From: Ylistrum balloti
Taxonomy: Eukaryota
NCBI RefSeq assembly: GCF_031769215.1
Contig: NW_026782232.1
Span: 1-64,000, forward strand
Length of the DNA: 64,000 nucleotides
Direction: 5' to 3'
A program made the translations under genes and the position numbers. The notes beneath the pieces were generated by a model, which ran no database searches, was not told the origin of the DNA, and worked only from the letters and a program-made list of their open reading frames with translations. Below are positions 1 through 13,790 of this stretch, piece after piece. Position 1 is the stretch's first letter. Every line of letters begins with the position of its first letter.

Positions 1-1
1 A

Positions 2-142
2 GTTAGTCTGGACAGCAGAACTGAAAATTTCGTACAACAATTATACGAAGTTGTTATGAACGGAACTTTATTACGGATAGAACATCGTCTATATTCTGGT
101 GTTACCATCAAGGACAGGTTAATCGTTCGTACAGAGCCCTAA
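2..142 (+). CDS. Possible 3' end of an upstream ORF running off the window edge
   Basis: 46 sense codons open from the edge (VSLDSRTENFVQQLYEVVMNGTLLRIEHRLYSGVTIKDRLIVRTEP*), stop TAA 140-142. No recognisable motif. Confidence 0.25.
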   Translation, partial: VSLDSRTENFVQQLYEVVMNGTLLRIEHRLYSGVTIKDRLIVRTEP

Positions 143-2581
143 TGATAGTGTGAAGGTATGGTCGTTAGCGCAACATTGAGAAACAAAGCTGAACGGTCAT
201 GCTGGATAACAGGAAAAAAGATGTAGGTTGAAAACAAGGAGTAGAATGACAAATCATATGTGAAACGTAAAACTTAATATTGAAATAGAGCGCAAGACTG
301 AAATAGAATGCCAGACGAAGTTTTGAGTGAAAAATGAATTCATGTACATTTATATATGCGCTCTCATGAATACATACATACATTAATGTATACGCTTTCA
401 AGTTTGTGCAATCTTGGGGATAAGAACTAAATAGCTACAGTACTTCGGTTGAGTAACTTATCTGTAATAAATCCGACGGGTTCAAGTTGATCTTGATGTT
501 CAATCTAGTGTGAAAAATACTGTACACATAAACGAGGTTCAAATAAGAATGTAAAGCTGAAGTTTGTCTCATCGTATACCGCATCGTAAGCTTGAAACGT
601 CCGAACGTCTCCAACGAAGAAGATTAAGTTTCATACTAGGTAATGCTGGAGAGAGAGAGAGAGATGGGGGGGATTTTCTAGTTCCCCACAATTACATATG
701 GTATATTTTCGTGATTCTGGTGTAAATCTGAACAAAATGAGGCCAAACATGGAAAAATCCTTATAATACGTATCATGGACTATCACTTCACCGTAAACCG
801 ACTGTCTAGGAATCATGGGTAATTTCCCATTAGGTACCTCTTTGCCATTTTCTTAGATGCTGTATTTCTTGGCGGGAAAAAATAGCGGGAAAATATATAT
901 CGCTTTATGGGGAAGAGTTACAAAAAAGTCTCACTGCTATCAAGTTATCTTTCTATATAAAATACATGTACCTATAAGTAAGAATAAACAAAATACTAAT
1001 TTCAAAATAGTATATATATATATCCGGATTTTGAAGTAATTTAATCAGTAATTGATCTAACATCAAATGTTAAATAGTAAATGGGTAGTAAGAAGGATGG
1101 GTTGGGTCAACAATTCCATAATAATCCTCCAGACACCCAATAACGCCTCTCTTCAACTTATATTTGTCCCCTTCCAATCTTTTCTGCTTTCTCGCAACCA
1201 TAACTGTTATTGTGTTACTATGTTTTTTTACGATCATACTGGGTATCAGCAGTTCGATATCATCATCTTTTCATCGTCACATGCATATAAACTTATAACA
1301 TACTCCTGTTCTTTTCTCTGTAGTTCCTAATATGGTAATTGCAATGTATTTTAAAATATTATCAAGTGATTATGACCCCAGTTCCCTTTATCTACGTACT
1401 CTGAAGAAATTTCCGTTTTTAGAGTCATACATCTCCTTCATGAACGTTGATATTCAGAGCCTCTTGCCGGACTTTCACGGTCCTTATCACCACTGTAGAT
1501 CCGATAAGTTGGATATAGAAGATCGGGGGCACGATTGATGCCCCCACCTCAGTTGTTGCACTGAAAGCAAGACCTGTTCTAGAAATGGGACAGACGGATG
1601 GATGGAGGGACGGAAAATGATACCGCATTAGAAATCCATTTTTCCATGGTTTTATGCTCAGCTATGTTATTCACGAGTTATTATTATATACAGTGCGCTT
1701 TGTTGAGAACAGAGACGTATGTAACACGCATAAGTTTCTGCTGAGAAGTACGTGATGGATATTGGACAAGTTTGACAGGTGTGTTACTGTGCACGTGCTG
1801 AATTCTGGCAGGTGTTCTGAGTAAAGCATGATTCGTACGACGTGATGTATACAAATTGTATCGGCGACAGAGACGTTGTACAATATTTGAGCCGTTACCG
1901 GTACAATCGAACCAAACAACGGGAACAGGGAGGAAGAATGATGGGAACAAGGGAGTGAAGGAGGAGAAAGAGAATATAGGTTGGAGACACATTTCATCTG
2001 AAGCTTCCTGCTGGCACGCTCTCTAAATTGACAGATTGTGTGGCGATTGAAACAACTGTCGACATTTTCATACCAGTTACAGTAGCTATAAAACGACACA
2101 TGTACTTGGGAATGCATACAACATTTCGAGGATATTTGTTACAAGTCTCTTGCTCAAATCGGAGTCTTATATCACTGATTTAAATGTATTAGTCGACAAA
2201 CTTCTATTTCTCGATACGTGTAAATCGTCACTGAATGCCATCTACTGGAAAGGTCGTCTGAAAGCTTTTTGGAAAACTAGAAAATAAAAAACGGTTTTTG
2301 TTAAGAATGATTCAATCAAACTACAATCACATAGAATTCCAACATTTAAATATATTATCATATATATATCCTTTCCATATCCTATCGTATTTATATATCA
2401 TGAACACACAGAAATCGTAATGTTAAAGATATCCAAAGACATTATAGAATATACATGTATTTTTTAATGTATAATAATGCGTCATAAAAAACATGTCTAA
2501 CCAAACAGTGACTAGTGGCTTATTAGACATGATAATTAAATATATAATGATTAGCTAAGTGTCATAGGAGGAGTGAGGAGA

Positions 2582-2618
2582 GGGATGGGGCAGGGGTTAT
2601 GGTTGGGGTGGGGTGGGG
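2582..2618 (+). other. G-quadruplex motif
   Basis: GGG-at-GGGG-ca-GGGG-ttatggtt-GGGG-t-GGGG-t-GGGG. Confidence 0.5.
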
Positions 2619-3357
2619 ATCTGTTATTATACCAATCTGACAACAGTGCAGTATGCTTTATAATGACTTATTCAAATTATTAATCTACAATGTAGATTGA
2701 TAAATCATAGGTATTTTTTTATGTACAAACAAGATTAACTGACGGACTGGGAAAGATGTGTAGACAGATTCTTTACAGACATACCAAATTGAAAGAAGCA
2801 CGACGAGGTTGAAACTAGTTTTTAAAATGTTTCAGTCGACATATTGTGTTTCATAATATGATTGCATTTGTTAGTTCGATTTTGAAAAGTATCTTTTTTA
2901 CGTTGTGTAAATAAGGGGAATAACTCGTGCCGATCTTTACTCAACTGAATGCTTTTTTTTTATAAATACATCTATACACATACATTTTATTTTCTTGTCT
3001 TTAAATATTGATTTGATTCCAAGTCGAAATATGCTTGTATTTGTTTTATTTGTTTGAGTAAAAGAAAAATTCCGGAAATTATTTATTTTTATATTATAAT
3101 TCTTATATTTTTTAACCGGTTAAATATATGTAAGTGTTAATTTCATTACTTTATAAACACATGGGATTCAGAAATGAACGGGTTAATGCTAAAATTAAAT
3201 TTGATGTGTTGTTTGATGAAAAGTTATTTCAATATGTTTCACAATACTGAATCCAACCTTTATATCTTAATATATATATGTAATATATACTTATGTATAT
3301 GTATAGTTTTGGTTGAGTTGTCTCCCCTTGTAAAATATTTCCATTGTTTTAATACAG

Positions 3358-3490
3358 ATCAAAGGGACCATGTGGACAGAGTGATTTGGTGCTGATAATA
3401 GAGGGCGATGAGCAGACTACTGACGACAACCCACGACGAATCTCTGGCCGGCGGTACCCTGTGGCACGCTCAACGGGCCTGGGGAAACTG
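3358..3490 (+). other. Candidate isolated exon in a GC-rich island
   Basis: ttttaatacag|...AAACTG|gttagg; one frame open (SKGPCGQSDLVLIIEGDEQTTDDNPRRISGRRYPVARSTGLGKL); partner exons not identified. Confidence 0.22.
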
Positions 3491-3499
3491 GTTAGGGAC

Positions 3500-3950
3500 A
3501 TACATTCAGTAACTTTCCTTATCACTGTCAGTACTTGTAACTTGAGTTGTATGTGTTACTTTTCTTTATTGCCTGTACTACTTGTTTGTAAACTTTATTA
3601 TTTTCCAGTATATCATGTTACTACTTGTTGTTCCATTTTACTCCCATTTATTGACTGTTTCTATTTGTTACTCAACGTTCAGTGTTTCTTTCATTTATTG
3701 CCTGTTACTACATGTGATTCGTTCCGGTTACTTTGCATATCTTTATTGCTGTATAAACTTTATTTTACACTTCAGGTTATTTCCTTTATTGTCTGTACTA
3801 CTTCGTTTCTTAATTTTGTAACTTTGCTCTAACTACTTGATGCTCCGCTTTCAGTTACTTCTCTTTCTTGGCTGGCAGTACTTGTCTTTCAGTTCCTCCT
3901 ATTATTGAATGTTACTCTTTGTTACTATATTTATTGTTACTTTCCTTTTC
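3500..3950. repeat. T-rich low-complexity tract of degenerate TGTTACT/TTACTT motifs
   Basis: Recurrent gttact/tactt/ttatt motifs; explains the ORFs at 3386-3832 and 3582-3821. Confidence 0.55.
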
Positions 3951-3952
3951 TT

Positions 3953-6120
3953 GACCGACGAAGGACTGGACGTCTACTGACCGACGAATACCGACCGACT
4001 GACCGACGTCGGACTCGACGCCTACCGACCGACTGACTGATGACGGACACGACGCCTACCGACCGACTAACCGACAACGGACACGACGAATACCGACCGA
4101 CGACGGACTCGACAAGAACCGACCGACTGACCGACGACGGACTCGACGTTTACCGACCGACTGACTTACGACAAACACGACGTCTACCGACCGACTGACC
4201 GACGACGGACTCGACGCCTACCGACCGACTGACTTACGACGGACTCGACGCCTACCGACGACTTACCGACGACGAACTCGACGTTTACCGACCGACTGAC
4301 TTACGACAGACACGATGTCTACCGACCGACTTACCGACGACGGACTCGACACCGACCGACTGACCGACGACGGACTCGACGCCTACCGACCGACTGACTT
4401 ACGACAGACACGACGTCTACCGACCGACTGACTTACGACAGACACGACGTCTACCGACAGACTGACCGACGACGGACTCGACGCCTACCGACTGACTTAC
4501 TGACCACAGACACGACTGTGGTTGGTGAGTCGGTAGGCGGGAGTCGTGTCCGTTGACCGACTGACTTACGACAGACACGACGTCTACCGACCGACAGACC
4601 GAAGACGGACTCGACGCCTACCGACCGACTGAAGACGGACTGGACGTCTACTTACCGACGACTACCGACCGACTGACTGACAACGGACACGACGCCTACC
4701 GACCGACTGACTAATGACGGACAAGACGCCTACCGACCGAATGACCGACAACGGAAACGACGTCTACCGACCGACTGACTGACGACGGACACGACGCCTA
4801 CCGACCGACTTACCGATGACAGACTCGACGTCTACCGACCGCCTTACCGACGACGGACTCGACTCTATCGACCGCCTTACCTTCGACAAAGACGATACAT
4901 ATCGACCGGTAGGTAGTTGTCGTCTTTGTCGTCGGTAAGTCGATTGGCCGGTGTCGGGTCTGTGGTCAGTGAGTCGGTGGGCGAGCGTCAGGTCTGTGGT
5001 CGGTGAGTCGGTGGGTGGGCGTCGGGTCTGTGGTCGGTGAGTCGGTGGGCGGGCGTCAGGTCTGTGGTCGGTGAGTCGGTGGGCGGGCGTCGGGTCTGTT
5101 GTCGGTGAGTCGGTGGGCGGGCGTCGGGTCTGTTGTCGGTGAGTCGGTGGGCGGGCGTCGGGTCTGTGGTCGGTCAGTCGCTGGGCGGTCGTCGTGTCTG
5201 TGGTCGGTCAGTCGCTTGGTAGGCGTGGTGTTCGTCATCGGTCAGTCTGTCGGTAGGCGTGGTGTCCGTCGTCGGTTAGTCGGTCGGGAGACGTCGAGTC
5301 CGTCGTCGGTCAGTCGGTCGGTAGGCGTCGAGTCCGTCGTCGGTCAGTCGGTTGGTAGACGTCCAGTCCATCGTCGGTCAGTTGGTCGGTGTCGAGTCCG
5401 TCGTCGGTAAGTCGGTCGGTAGCCGTCGTTTCCGTCGTCGGTCAGTCGGTCGGTAGGCGTCAAGTCCGTCGTCGGTCAGTCGGTGGACGGGCGTCGTGTC
5501 CGTTGACCGACTGACTTCCGACAGACACGACGCCTACCGACCGACGACAGACTCGACGCCTATCGACCGACTGACTTACGACAGACGACGTCTACTGACC
5601 GACTGACCGACGAAGGACTGGACGTCTACTGACCGACAACTACCGACCGACTGACCGACGTCGGACTCGACGCCTACCGACCGACTGACTGATGACGGAC
5701 ACGACGCCTACCGACCGACTGACTTACGACAGACGACGTCTACCGACCGACTGACCGACGATGGACTGGACGTCTATTGACCGAGGACTACCGACCGACT
5801 GACTGATGACGGACACGACGCCTACCGACCGACTGACTGATGACGGACACGACGCCTACCGACCGACTGACTTACGACAGACGACGTCTACCGACCGACT
5901 GAACGACGAAAGACTCGGCGTCTACCGACCACCTTACCGACGACGGACTCGACGTCTACCGACCGCCTTACCTACGACACCTACCGACCGACTGACCGAC
6001 GACAGACACGACGTCTGCCGACCGACTGACCAACGAAGTACACGACACCTACCGACCAACTTACTAACGACAGACACGACACCTACTGACTGACATACAC
6101 ACAATAGACATGACACTTAC
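3953..6120. repeat. CpG-rich CGAC satellite (about 34-38 bp units) with internal inversions
   Basis: Unit like CCTACCGACCGACTGACCGACGACGGACTCGACG; reverse-complement blocks at about 4517-4553 and 4910-5503. Confidence 0.95.
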
Positions 6121-6221
6121 CGACCAACATACCAATGACAGACACTACACCCACTGACTGACATACACACAATAGACATGACACTTACCGACCAACATAC
6201 CAATGACAGACACGACACCTA
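6069..6221. repeat. 68-bp tandem duplication at the distal end of the CGAC satellite
   Basis: tgacatacacacaatagacatgacacttaccgaccaacataccaatgacagacac at 6091 and 6159. Confidence 0.85.
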
Positions 6222-6315
6222 TCAACAGACAAGCACAAAACGTATCATTATCAAAATTACAATGAAAAAATAAAAGATAAAAACAAATTGAGATATATCT
6301 TTATATTACTTTTAG

Positions 6316-6965
6316 ATTGTTTAAGTAGACAATGTAACAATACCATGATTGTTCTAACCCAGCTAGCTGTATAGGTAGATAATGTAACAATGCCATGATT
6401 GTTCTAATCCAGCTAGCTGTATAAGTTCCAGTCCAGCTAGCTGCATAGGTAGATTATGTAACAATGCCATGATTGCTCTTATCCAGCTAGCTGTATAAGT
6501 AGATAAAATGATGATTCCATGATTTTTCTAATTCAGCTAGCTGCATAGGTAGATAATATAATAATTCCATGATTGTTCTTATCCAGCTAGTTGTATAGGT
6601 AGATAATGTAACAATGCCATGATTGTTCTAATCCAGCTAGCTGTATAAGTTCCAGTCCAGCTAGCTGCATAGGTAGATTATGTAACAATGCCATGATTGC
6701 TCTTATCCAGCTAGCTGTATAAGTAGATAAAATGATGATTCCATGATTTTTCTAATTCAGCTAGCTGCATAGGTAGATAATATAATAATTCCATGATTGT
6801 TCTTATCTAGCTAGCTGTATAAGTGGATAAGATGATGATTCCGTGATTGTTCTAATCCAGCTAGCTGTATAAGTAGATAAGATGATGATTCTGTGATTGT
6901 TCTAATCCAGCTAACTGTATAGGTATATAACAACACAATTCCATGGTTGCATTAGTCCAACTAGC
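6316..6965. repeat. 50-bp minisatellite with palindromic CAGCTAGCTG core and a 224-bp higher-order duplication
   Basis: Unit gtagataatgtaacaatgccatgattgttctaatccagctagctgtatag; marker ataagttccagtccag at 6421 and 6645. Confidence 0.92.
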
Positions 6966-9848
6966 TGTAAAAACACTCCTCTAACCTTACAATTACATGA
7001 AGGTTGGCTATGATACACTTGTACATAGATGGATAATTATATATACAGGAAATGTAGTAAGTTGCCATTGATTGCTTCCTCAGAAACATATCATGAGGAA
7101 ATGAAACCAAATTAATGAAACATCTTCAACATCCAAGAGTTTTGCTTTCAATATTAGGTGAATTGTGTACTCTGTATCTTTGGAATATGTAAAGCAAAGA
7201 GTAACATTAAATTATTATAGCTGGTGACCAGCTTACAAAACATTTTAAGAAAGGTCCATCACATTTCATATAGAGCAACTTGGAGGAAATTGTAAACTTC
7301 TTTCCAAATGACACAGGATGTTCAATGATAATTGGAACCACCACAGGAACCTTGGGTCTTCCACTGAGGTGTATAGTACCAGATAAATTTAATGATCAAC
7401 TGGAGACACCACAGTGAAAAAACTACCATATTATGACTGTACATTAGCACATATGTTATCTATACTCCAACATTACCACAAACTCACAAAAATACATGTG
7501 GTATATTTCAAAGTCATGTGAAGACATTACATTTAGGTAGAATTCACTACTAATACTTATTTGTAAATCAACACTAAAATATCAATTTTCTTCAACAGAA
7601 AAATCAAGGACAAAATTTATTACTGTGGCATAAATGAACTTGTACAATTTTTCCACATTAATTCCACTCAAAAGAACTACATACAGACTGTACCAACTTA
7701 CAAATTGCAAAATGTACAAGTTCATCCACACTCAGACCACTCAAAAGAAAATCATACAAAATCTTTAATATGATTTGTATTGTTATAGACCATCCCCTAC
7801 CCAGTGGTACACAAAGACACTACAGCATTATTTTTATAAAGATTGGAGACATAGTGACCAAATAATCAAACAAAATTGTAGTCAGAAATTTGTTTGCAAA
7901 AATTTCAAACCATTAGTTTCTGATAGTGGCAGTGTAATCGTTAGTTTTCTACTGTGTTTTCGCATTATTACAGTTAGGAAAACATTTCATTCATTAATGC
8001 AATATTCATATTTACACAAATATTTGTTATAAACAGAATCATCTGATTATAATCCACAATGGTAATTTCCATGTTGAAAAAAAAAAAATTAAGACCGATA
8101 TTTTGTTTCAGCAGATTTCACTTATACATTAAAATGGTAGTGTAGCCTTTCATTTAATTTCAATAGCATAAAAGCATTTCAAATGTTTTTTCTCTAACAC
8201 AAAACAATCAATAAAATTTTAAAATAAACTGAATTTTTAAAGAAACATAAACACACCTACACACAGCTTTGTCTTTCTATATCTGTAAAATTAATTTGTG
8301 AAAGTTTTACTTGCATTTCTAAATAAATTTCACATATCTTCTCATACTAATACTTCATTCCATTAAGGCTGTATGCTGCCTTACATAGATAATTAAAAGC
8401 AGATTTATCTCCGTTCTCGTCAATCTTTTGTTTTGTTATTGCTAATATGTCATTATTCCACAAAAAATGTTATGAAGTTATTCACACCTGAGACAGGAGT
8501 TTATAAAAGCCTTCAGACTATTTTGTTCTTTTAAACATAAAACTGAAGTTGGTTTGTGTCATTACACGATAATTCTAACCTTCTGCCATTATCTCGTTTA
8601 TTTGATTTGGAATAGGAGCGAATAGAATCTTTTATCATCTTTTTTAAATACTGATGGCAATTTCTACTCCAATCATCTATTCAAAGAATCTTTGTAGGTA
8701 GACATCACATATAGTACATATATACTACATTGTACAGCTGCTACTGATGTATTTACAGCTAGATGTCTAGTAACTCATTATTGCATATAAATTTCTTGCT
8801 TTTAGTGTGGGATAATGTTATATTGATATTAAGGAATTATTCTATTCAGATTTAAATTAATAAGGTTAAAGGTAAACAAGTATATTTGAATTTTAATTGA
8901 AAAAGAAATAGATTTATCTCCCCTTACAGAAATACTGGGGAAACTAACCAAATATAACTAAGTGCATACTAGTAAAATACAATATGAATAATTGTTTGAT
9001 AGTGAAGTATTTTGTTGTTCAAAGAAGAAATTAGAATCAGAAGGTTAGTTTTTAAATAGTATTAACACAGACATTAAACCCTGTCAATCAATAAATCATT
9101 TTTAAGCATATTTGTAAAAATGAATCAAAACTTATTTCAAGAAATGCTGGTAATAAAACCAGACAGTAGTAATAAATTGATTTAAAAACAAAAGTAGACA
9201 ACACCATTTGCAACTTCAGTGAAATTCAACATTTTTAAAGTTCAACTCGCTATAATTTTTTCTAAGCTTTAAAGGCAATACGAACAATATCAACAGCTAA
9301 AAGCCCCTGTTTGAGACACGCCTGTCAGCACAGAACATGATAATGAATCAAACATTTACTTCATAGCACAAAAGCAAACTTCAAACTGAAAAACAAACCT
9401 AGATTGTATTGTTCTGCTGAAAATGAATGTGCCTTTCACCGATTTGGTTTAGATTACTCTATTTGAAGACATGCAATGATGTCAACTTTCCCAACTGCGA
9501 TCTCAGATGCACACAGAATTGACGGACATGTAGACCTTCGTTCAAGTATTGTCTGCTATAAGTATGGAATGCTGGAATCTGATCAGTAGATGTCATGAAA
9601 AATGTCAAAAAGTGATCAGATGTGTGAATCCTATCATCAGGACAAGACATTAGGATTGTTCTAAAAGCTAAAAAATAGCCTTTCATTATTTGATTTTGAT
9701 CACCAAAACTTTATCGAGTATACAATAAAGAATTTGATGATATTATCCCATGATAAACTGAATTTGTGAAGTTGAAGTCTGAAGATGATCTTGATGTTTG
9801 TTTGCTTGGATTTTTTTATTTTTTTATTTTTACCTTTTTACCTAGACC

Positions 9849-9915
9849 GAGGACCACCTGTGTAAAGAGATCACCTCTATTGAGAGACCACCTGTGTGAA
9901 CAGACCACCTATTAG
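9849..9915. mobile_element. Short GACCACCT-repeat remnant (MITE-like)
   Basis: Four gaccacct/gatcacct motifs within 65 bp. Confidence 0.35.
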
Positions 9916-12900
9916 TCCACTTCATGTTAAGTTTTAGCACTACACTGTCAAAGTACTGATTCATAGTCCAAGAAAAACTTGTAATTAAAGTAACACTAAA
10001 ACACATCATATTTCCATACCTACAAGACAGTTGTACACTTCACAGAATTTTGTTTCTTTGTAATGTTTACTGGACTTTGGATATGCTGGGGAGTTTTTGG
10101 TTAGTCCTGAACCATATTTTAATAAAATTTTACATAAAATTAGGAATTATATGCTCCCCATCCACAGAGCTCTAAGTAGGGGACTCAAATTTATCAAATT
10201 GATTCAAATTTCAGGGATAGAAGGATTAAAGATGATTTAATAAAATGTGAATTTTTTGCCCTTAGGGTTTCACATTTCCCCTTGGGAAGGAATTAACTAC
10301 AATTTATACAGGAATATTATATTTATCTTCTTCTGCCTTTCTCTGTATTTCTGTTCATGTTATAGCATCTCTGTATTATCTATAAATTCCAGCTATGTCA
10401 TTGACTTTTTACATTTACAAACAAGAAAATTGGTCCCATCATTGAATATCATGACATTATTGCCAATCATGGTGTTCAGGGTCTCCAACCCACAGTATGA
10501 CAATGGGAGAATGGAAATCATTTTCAAAATTGTCCTCTTTGTAATAAAATCAACATGACGCTGTAATTGAACTATTAACTGAGGTAGATGATTAATGACC
10601 CTGGTGTCTTATTTTATAACAGACAGATTTGACAAGTCACCATCAAAATATTACATAACTAATTTAGATACATTTATCTTACAAATATATTTTACTTTAA
10701 AGATTTTCCAGTCAAATTAAAAAAGGATTTTTTTAAATAGGATATACAAATCTAGAAGAAATCAAATTAAACCTTTGCATTTTCCCCTCTGACCTTCAGC
10801 AAACTCATACATGAAACTACTACCCATTGTGCTTCTTAAGCTAACAGTTATGGTATAAACATTTTCCTATATTTTCTATTGATGCACTTAAATTGTTGCC
10901 AAAATTTGAAATATTAGGCGTTTAAAATTTGCACAAAACTTCAAAATTTGTTTATGTCTTTGTTTCATTAATTATTTTTTAATACACAATGTCACTTCAA
11001 AGTTGTGAAAAGAAAACTGTAATGGCTAGTTATGAGTTATCTCCCCTCTGTCAATATTGATGTTGTCAGAAACTACAAAAGGATATCAGCTTGAAGCTAT
11101 GTATTTTTAGCAGCAATAAAAAATGCAACATTATACACAAATTCTAAATTTTTAGATAGCTTCATGTTTTATCATTTTTCCAAACATCTAAAATTCTTAG
11201 ATATTCCCCTGTTGACATCAAATCAAAAGAATGATTCCATTTCTATATTATTATTATTAAGTTATTATTATTCCTTTTATGTCCTCCAAGATTACATAAA
11301 AAGAATAAATACAATTAAAACACAATCAACATTAAAGAAGAGTTGTATAAATGTACAAAGCAAATCATAATAGTGTAATTGAGAAGTTTTAAATATTTGA
11401 TACAGAAATCTTAAATTTACAAGTCTGAAATATTCCAAATCTTCTTTCAACATTTCACAGCTAAAAGTACCCGCCAAGAAAGTATTTGCTAAGTCAAAGC
11501 CTTACAAATTATTCAACCACGTCGTGAAATTTATGCCCAACTTATTAAATAAGTGACACCTTAATTCATCTCAAATATCAATATTTCCATAGCAGTGACA
11601 AATAATATATGTAATAGAATCATCGCACAACATACCGCAGTAGTGACACAATTCCTCATGGTTCAAAATGCAAGAGCTTACACATATTTTAAAATACACT
11701 GTATATAAATATTGAAAATACTTTACTGCTAATTTCCGTGAGTGATGTGTTTTAAGCTTAAGATGGATAAACTCTGAAAAAATTGTTGTAATAGAGAATG
11801 ATATTACGTATGAATAAAGTAGAACCTGGATTAAGGGTCAATTATGCATATCAAGTGAGTTACAACTACATATTTTCAAAGGAGATTATTCTTATACAAT
11901 AAAAATGGTGGGTGAAAAAACCTAGTGCTTGCTGCTAAAGCAGTATCAAGTTGAAAATTGAGGGAAAACTTTTTAATATCTACGATGTCAAATCCTAAAA
12001 TCAACAAGCAACATTTGTTATGGTATTAGATACACTTGTCTTGTCGAAAATGTTCTCCCACTTAATAAATATATGCTAAAACTAAGGGTTTTCTGAAAAT
12101 TTAGTTATTTTGCCAATGCTAGATAATTAATATAATACATTATGATTTAATGTTGATTATCAGGAGTGAATCACTTCATGTATTTGGTTTTTTAATAATA
12201 AATTCAAACTTTATTGATAGTCTGTTCTGAATAAAGTAAAACTTTAGGAGCAACGTATTACGTGTAAAGTGGGTGAGAAATTCTATGAGAGGTTACAGTG
12301 GATGCGAGGCATTATAAGGATCATATCATAACAGGCTTGAAGTATTAATATCGAAAGTCAAATTTTATGTTTGGTCGATAATGCTAATGAGAAGTGGAGA
12401 TTATTGAAATAAATCTATTACATAGCCAATGGGACATTTTACGGGAAGTCTTGTAAAAGAGGAAGTGTAATCTTTGTAAGGTGTAGAAAATATTGAGAAG
12501 AAACTGTCAGGATGGGGCAAATAGTACAAGTAGTTAATGAGTGTATGGTATTAGGTCTCAACTTTACTTATCACTTAATATGGTATTAATAAAGTTTGCT
12601 AATGTGTATTTAGTTATATGCAAATTAGAACATAGTGTACTATAGACCAGGTCAGTGTGTAAAATTCACAAATTCACGAAGACCATGTATGTATTATTGT
12701 GAGCCATGGCACTTTTGAAATTAATTAAGATCTGGCACGGGAAAGTGATTCTGTAAGTCCTCTTCGCAATAATGTTTTCTCTCACTTCTGGGAGAGGGGT
12801 TCCGATATACACCCCATATAATATTGAGTGGAAGTGATTAATCCTCCCCTAAAACGACTTTACTATTTGATCATGATTAATGACACATAACTGTAAAATT

Positions 12901-13585
12901 ATATTGAAATACCATTATTAAAGATGAAATAACGATATTTAACATATTACATGGTGTATTAGTGTCTGACACATTTATGCTTAAGCTATGAAAGTACAGG
13001 TATTTTTTACTTAGTCTAATGATCAATGTACCTGTCAGGTATGAGAACTTAGCGGTACTGGTATATTTGTGTATATTTTAATATTATAATTTTTTGGGAG
13101 ATAATCCATAGATCAAAAAGCTTTGAAATCTTTTCTATAAAAAGTACTTTTACAACAATAAGTTTCATTGGCATTAGTTTAAAATAGTTATTCTCTGGAC
13201 ATGAAGTTTCAACAAACGGCAAAAATTCTGAGAGCCCTGTACATTGCACATCGTCTTAGTATTACAAAGTATACTCTTAGTTTCATTATGTTAGTTTTGA
13301 TACAAGTAAAGTAATGCTCCGGACATAATTTTTTAACAAAACACAATAACACTGTAATTAATAGACTGCGGACCCTGATTGTGGTTTACTGCACATCGTG
13401 TCAATGTAAACACCCAGTTACATTATCCTTGTTTAAAAACACAAAAAATATTCTCAGACCTTAAACTTTTAACAAAGGGCATTAAAGGTAGATAGTTAAT
13501 ATCTACGTTAGATTAAACAATATTACACCCATATATGTTACATCTTGGATGTAAATCCTGAATATCAAAACATAAGACAAACCTT

Positions 13586-13790
13586 TATGTGAATCGAATG
13601 TCAGTTCTATAGAGCGAAATTGAATGTCCGTACTATACAGTGAATTTCAATGTCTATATTATTAAGTGAAGTGGAATGTCCGTATTATTCAGTGAAGTGG
13701 AATGTCCGTATTATTCAGTGAATTTCAATGTCCGTAATATACAGTGAAATTGAACGTCCATACTATATAGTGAATTGGATGTCCTTTTAT
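13586..13790. repeat. Degenerate 26-bp minisatellite
   Basis: agtgaagtggaatgtccgtattattc and variants, about 8 copies, more decayed to about 13880. Confidence 0.8.

Noticed and set aside
140-3401. Triple stops TAA-TGA-TAG (140-148) and TGA-TAA-TAG (3393-3401)
   Set aside because: A rough estimate for this AT content gives several such 9-mers per strand by chance in 64 kb.
5056-6116. ORFs rich in T/D/R/P or V/G/S/R
   Set aside because: Translations of the CGAC satellite.
7211-7420. GDQLT (DUF6589-like) and GTTTGTLGLP (AMP-binding-like) motifs
   Set aside because: Spacing to downstream motifs is wrong, the frame has stops, and no supporting exons were found.
9459-9686. 75-aa minus ORF as an exon of the divergent gene
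   Set aside because: Has a plausible acceptor but no recognisable motif and no upstream coding exon to join.
11780-12650. Possible very old L1/Tx1 LINE 3' remnant (WIKG, LLH, CxxC fragments)
   Set aside because: Only scattered 3-4-residue hints across frames with many stops; needs a BLASTX or HMM hit to call.
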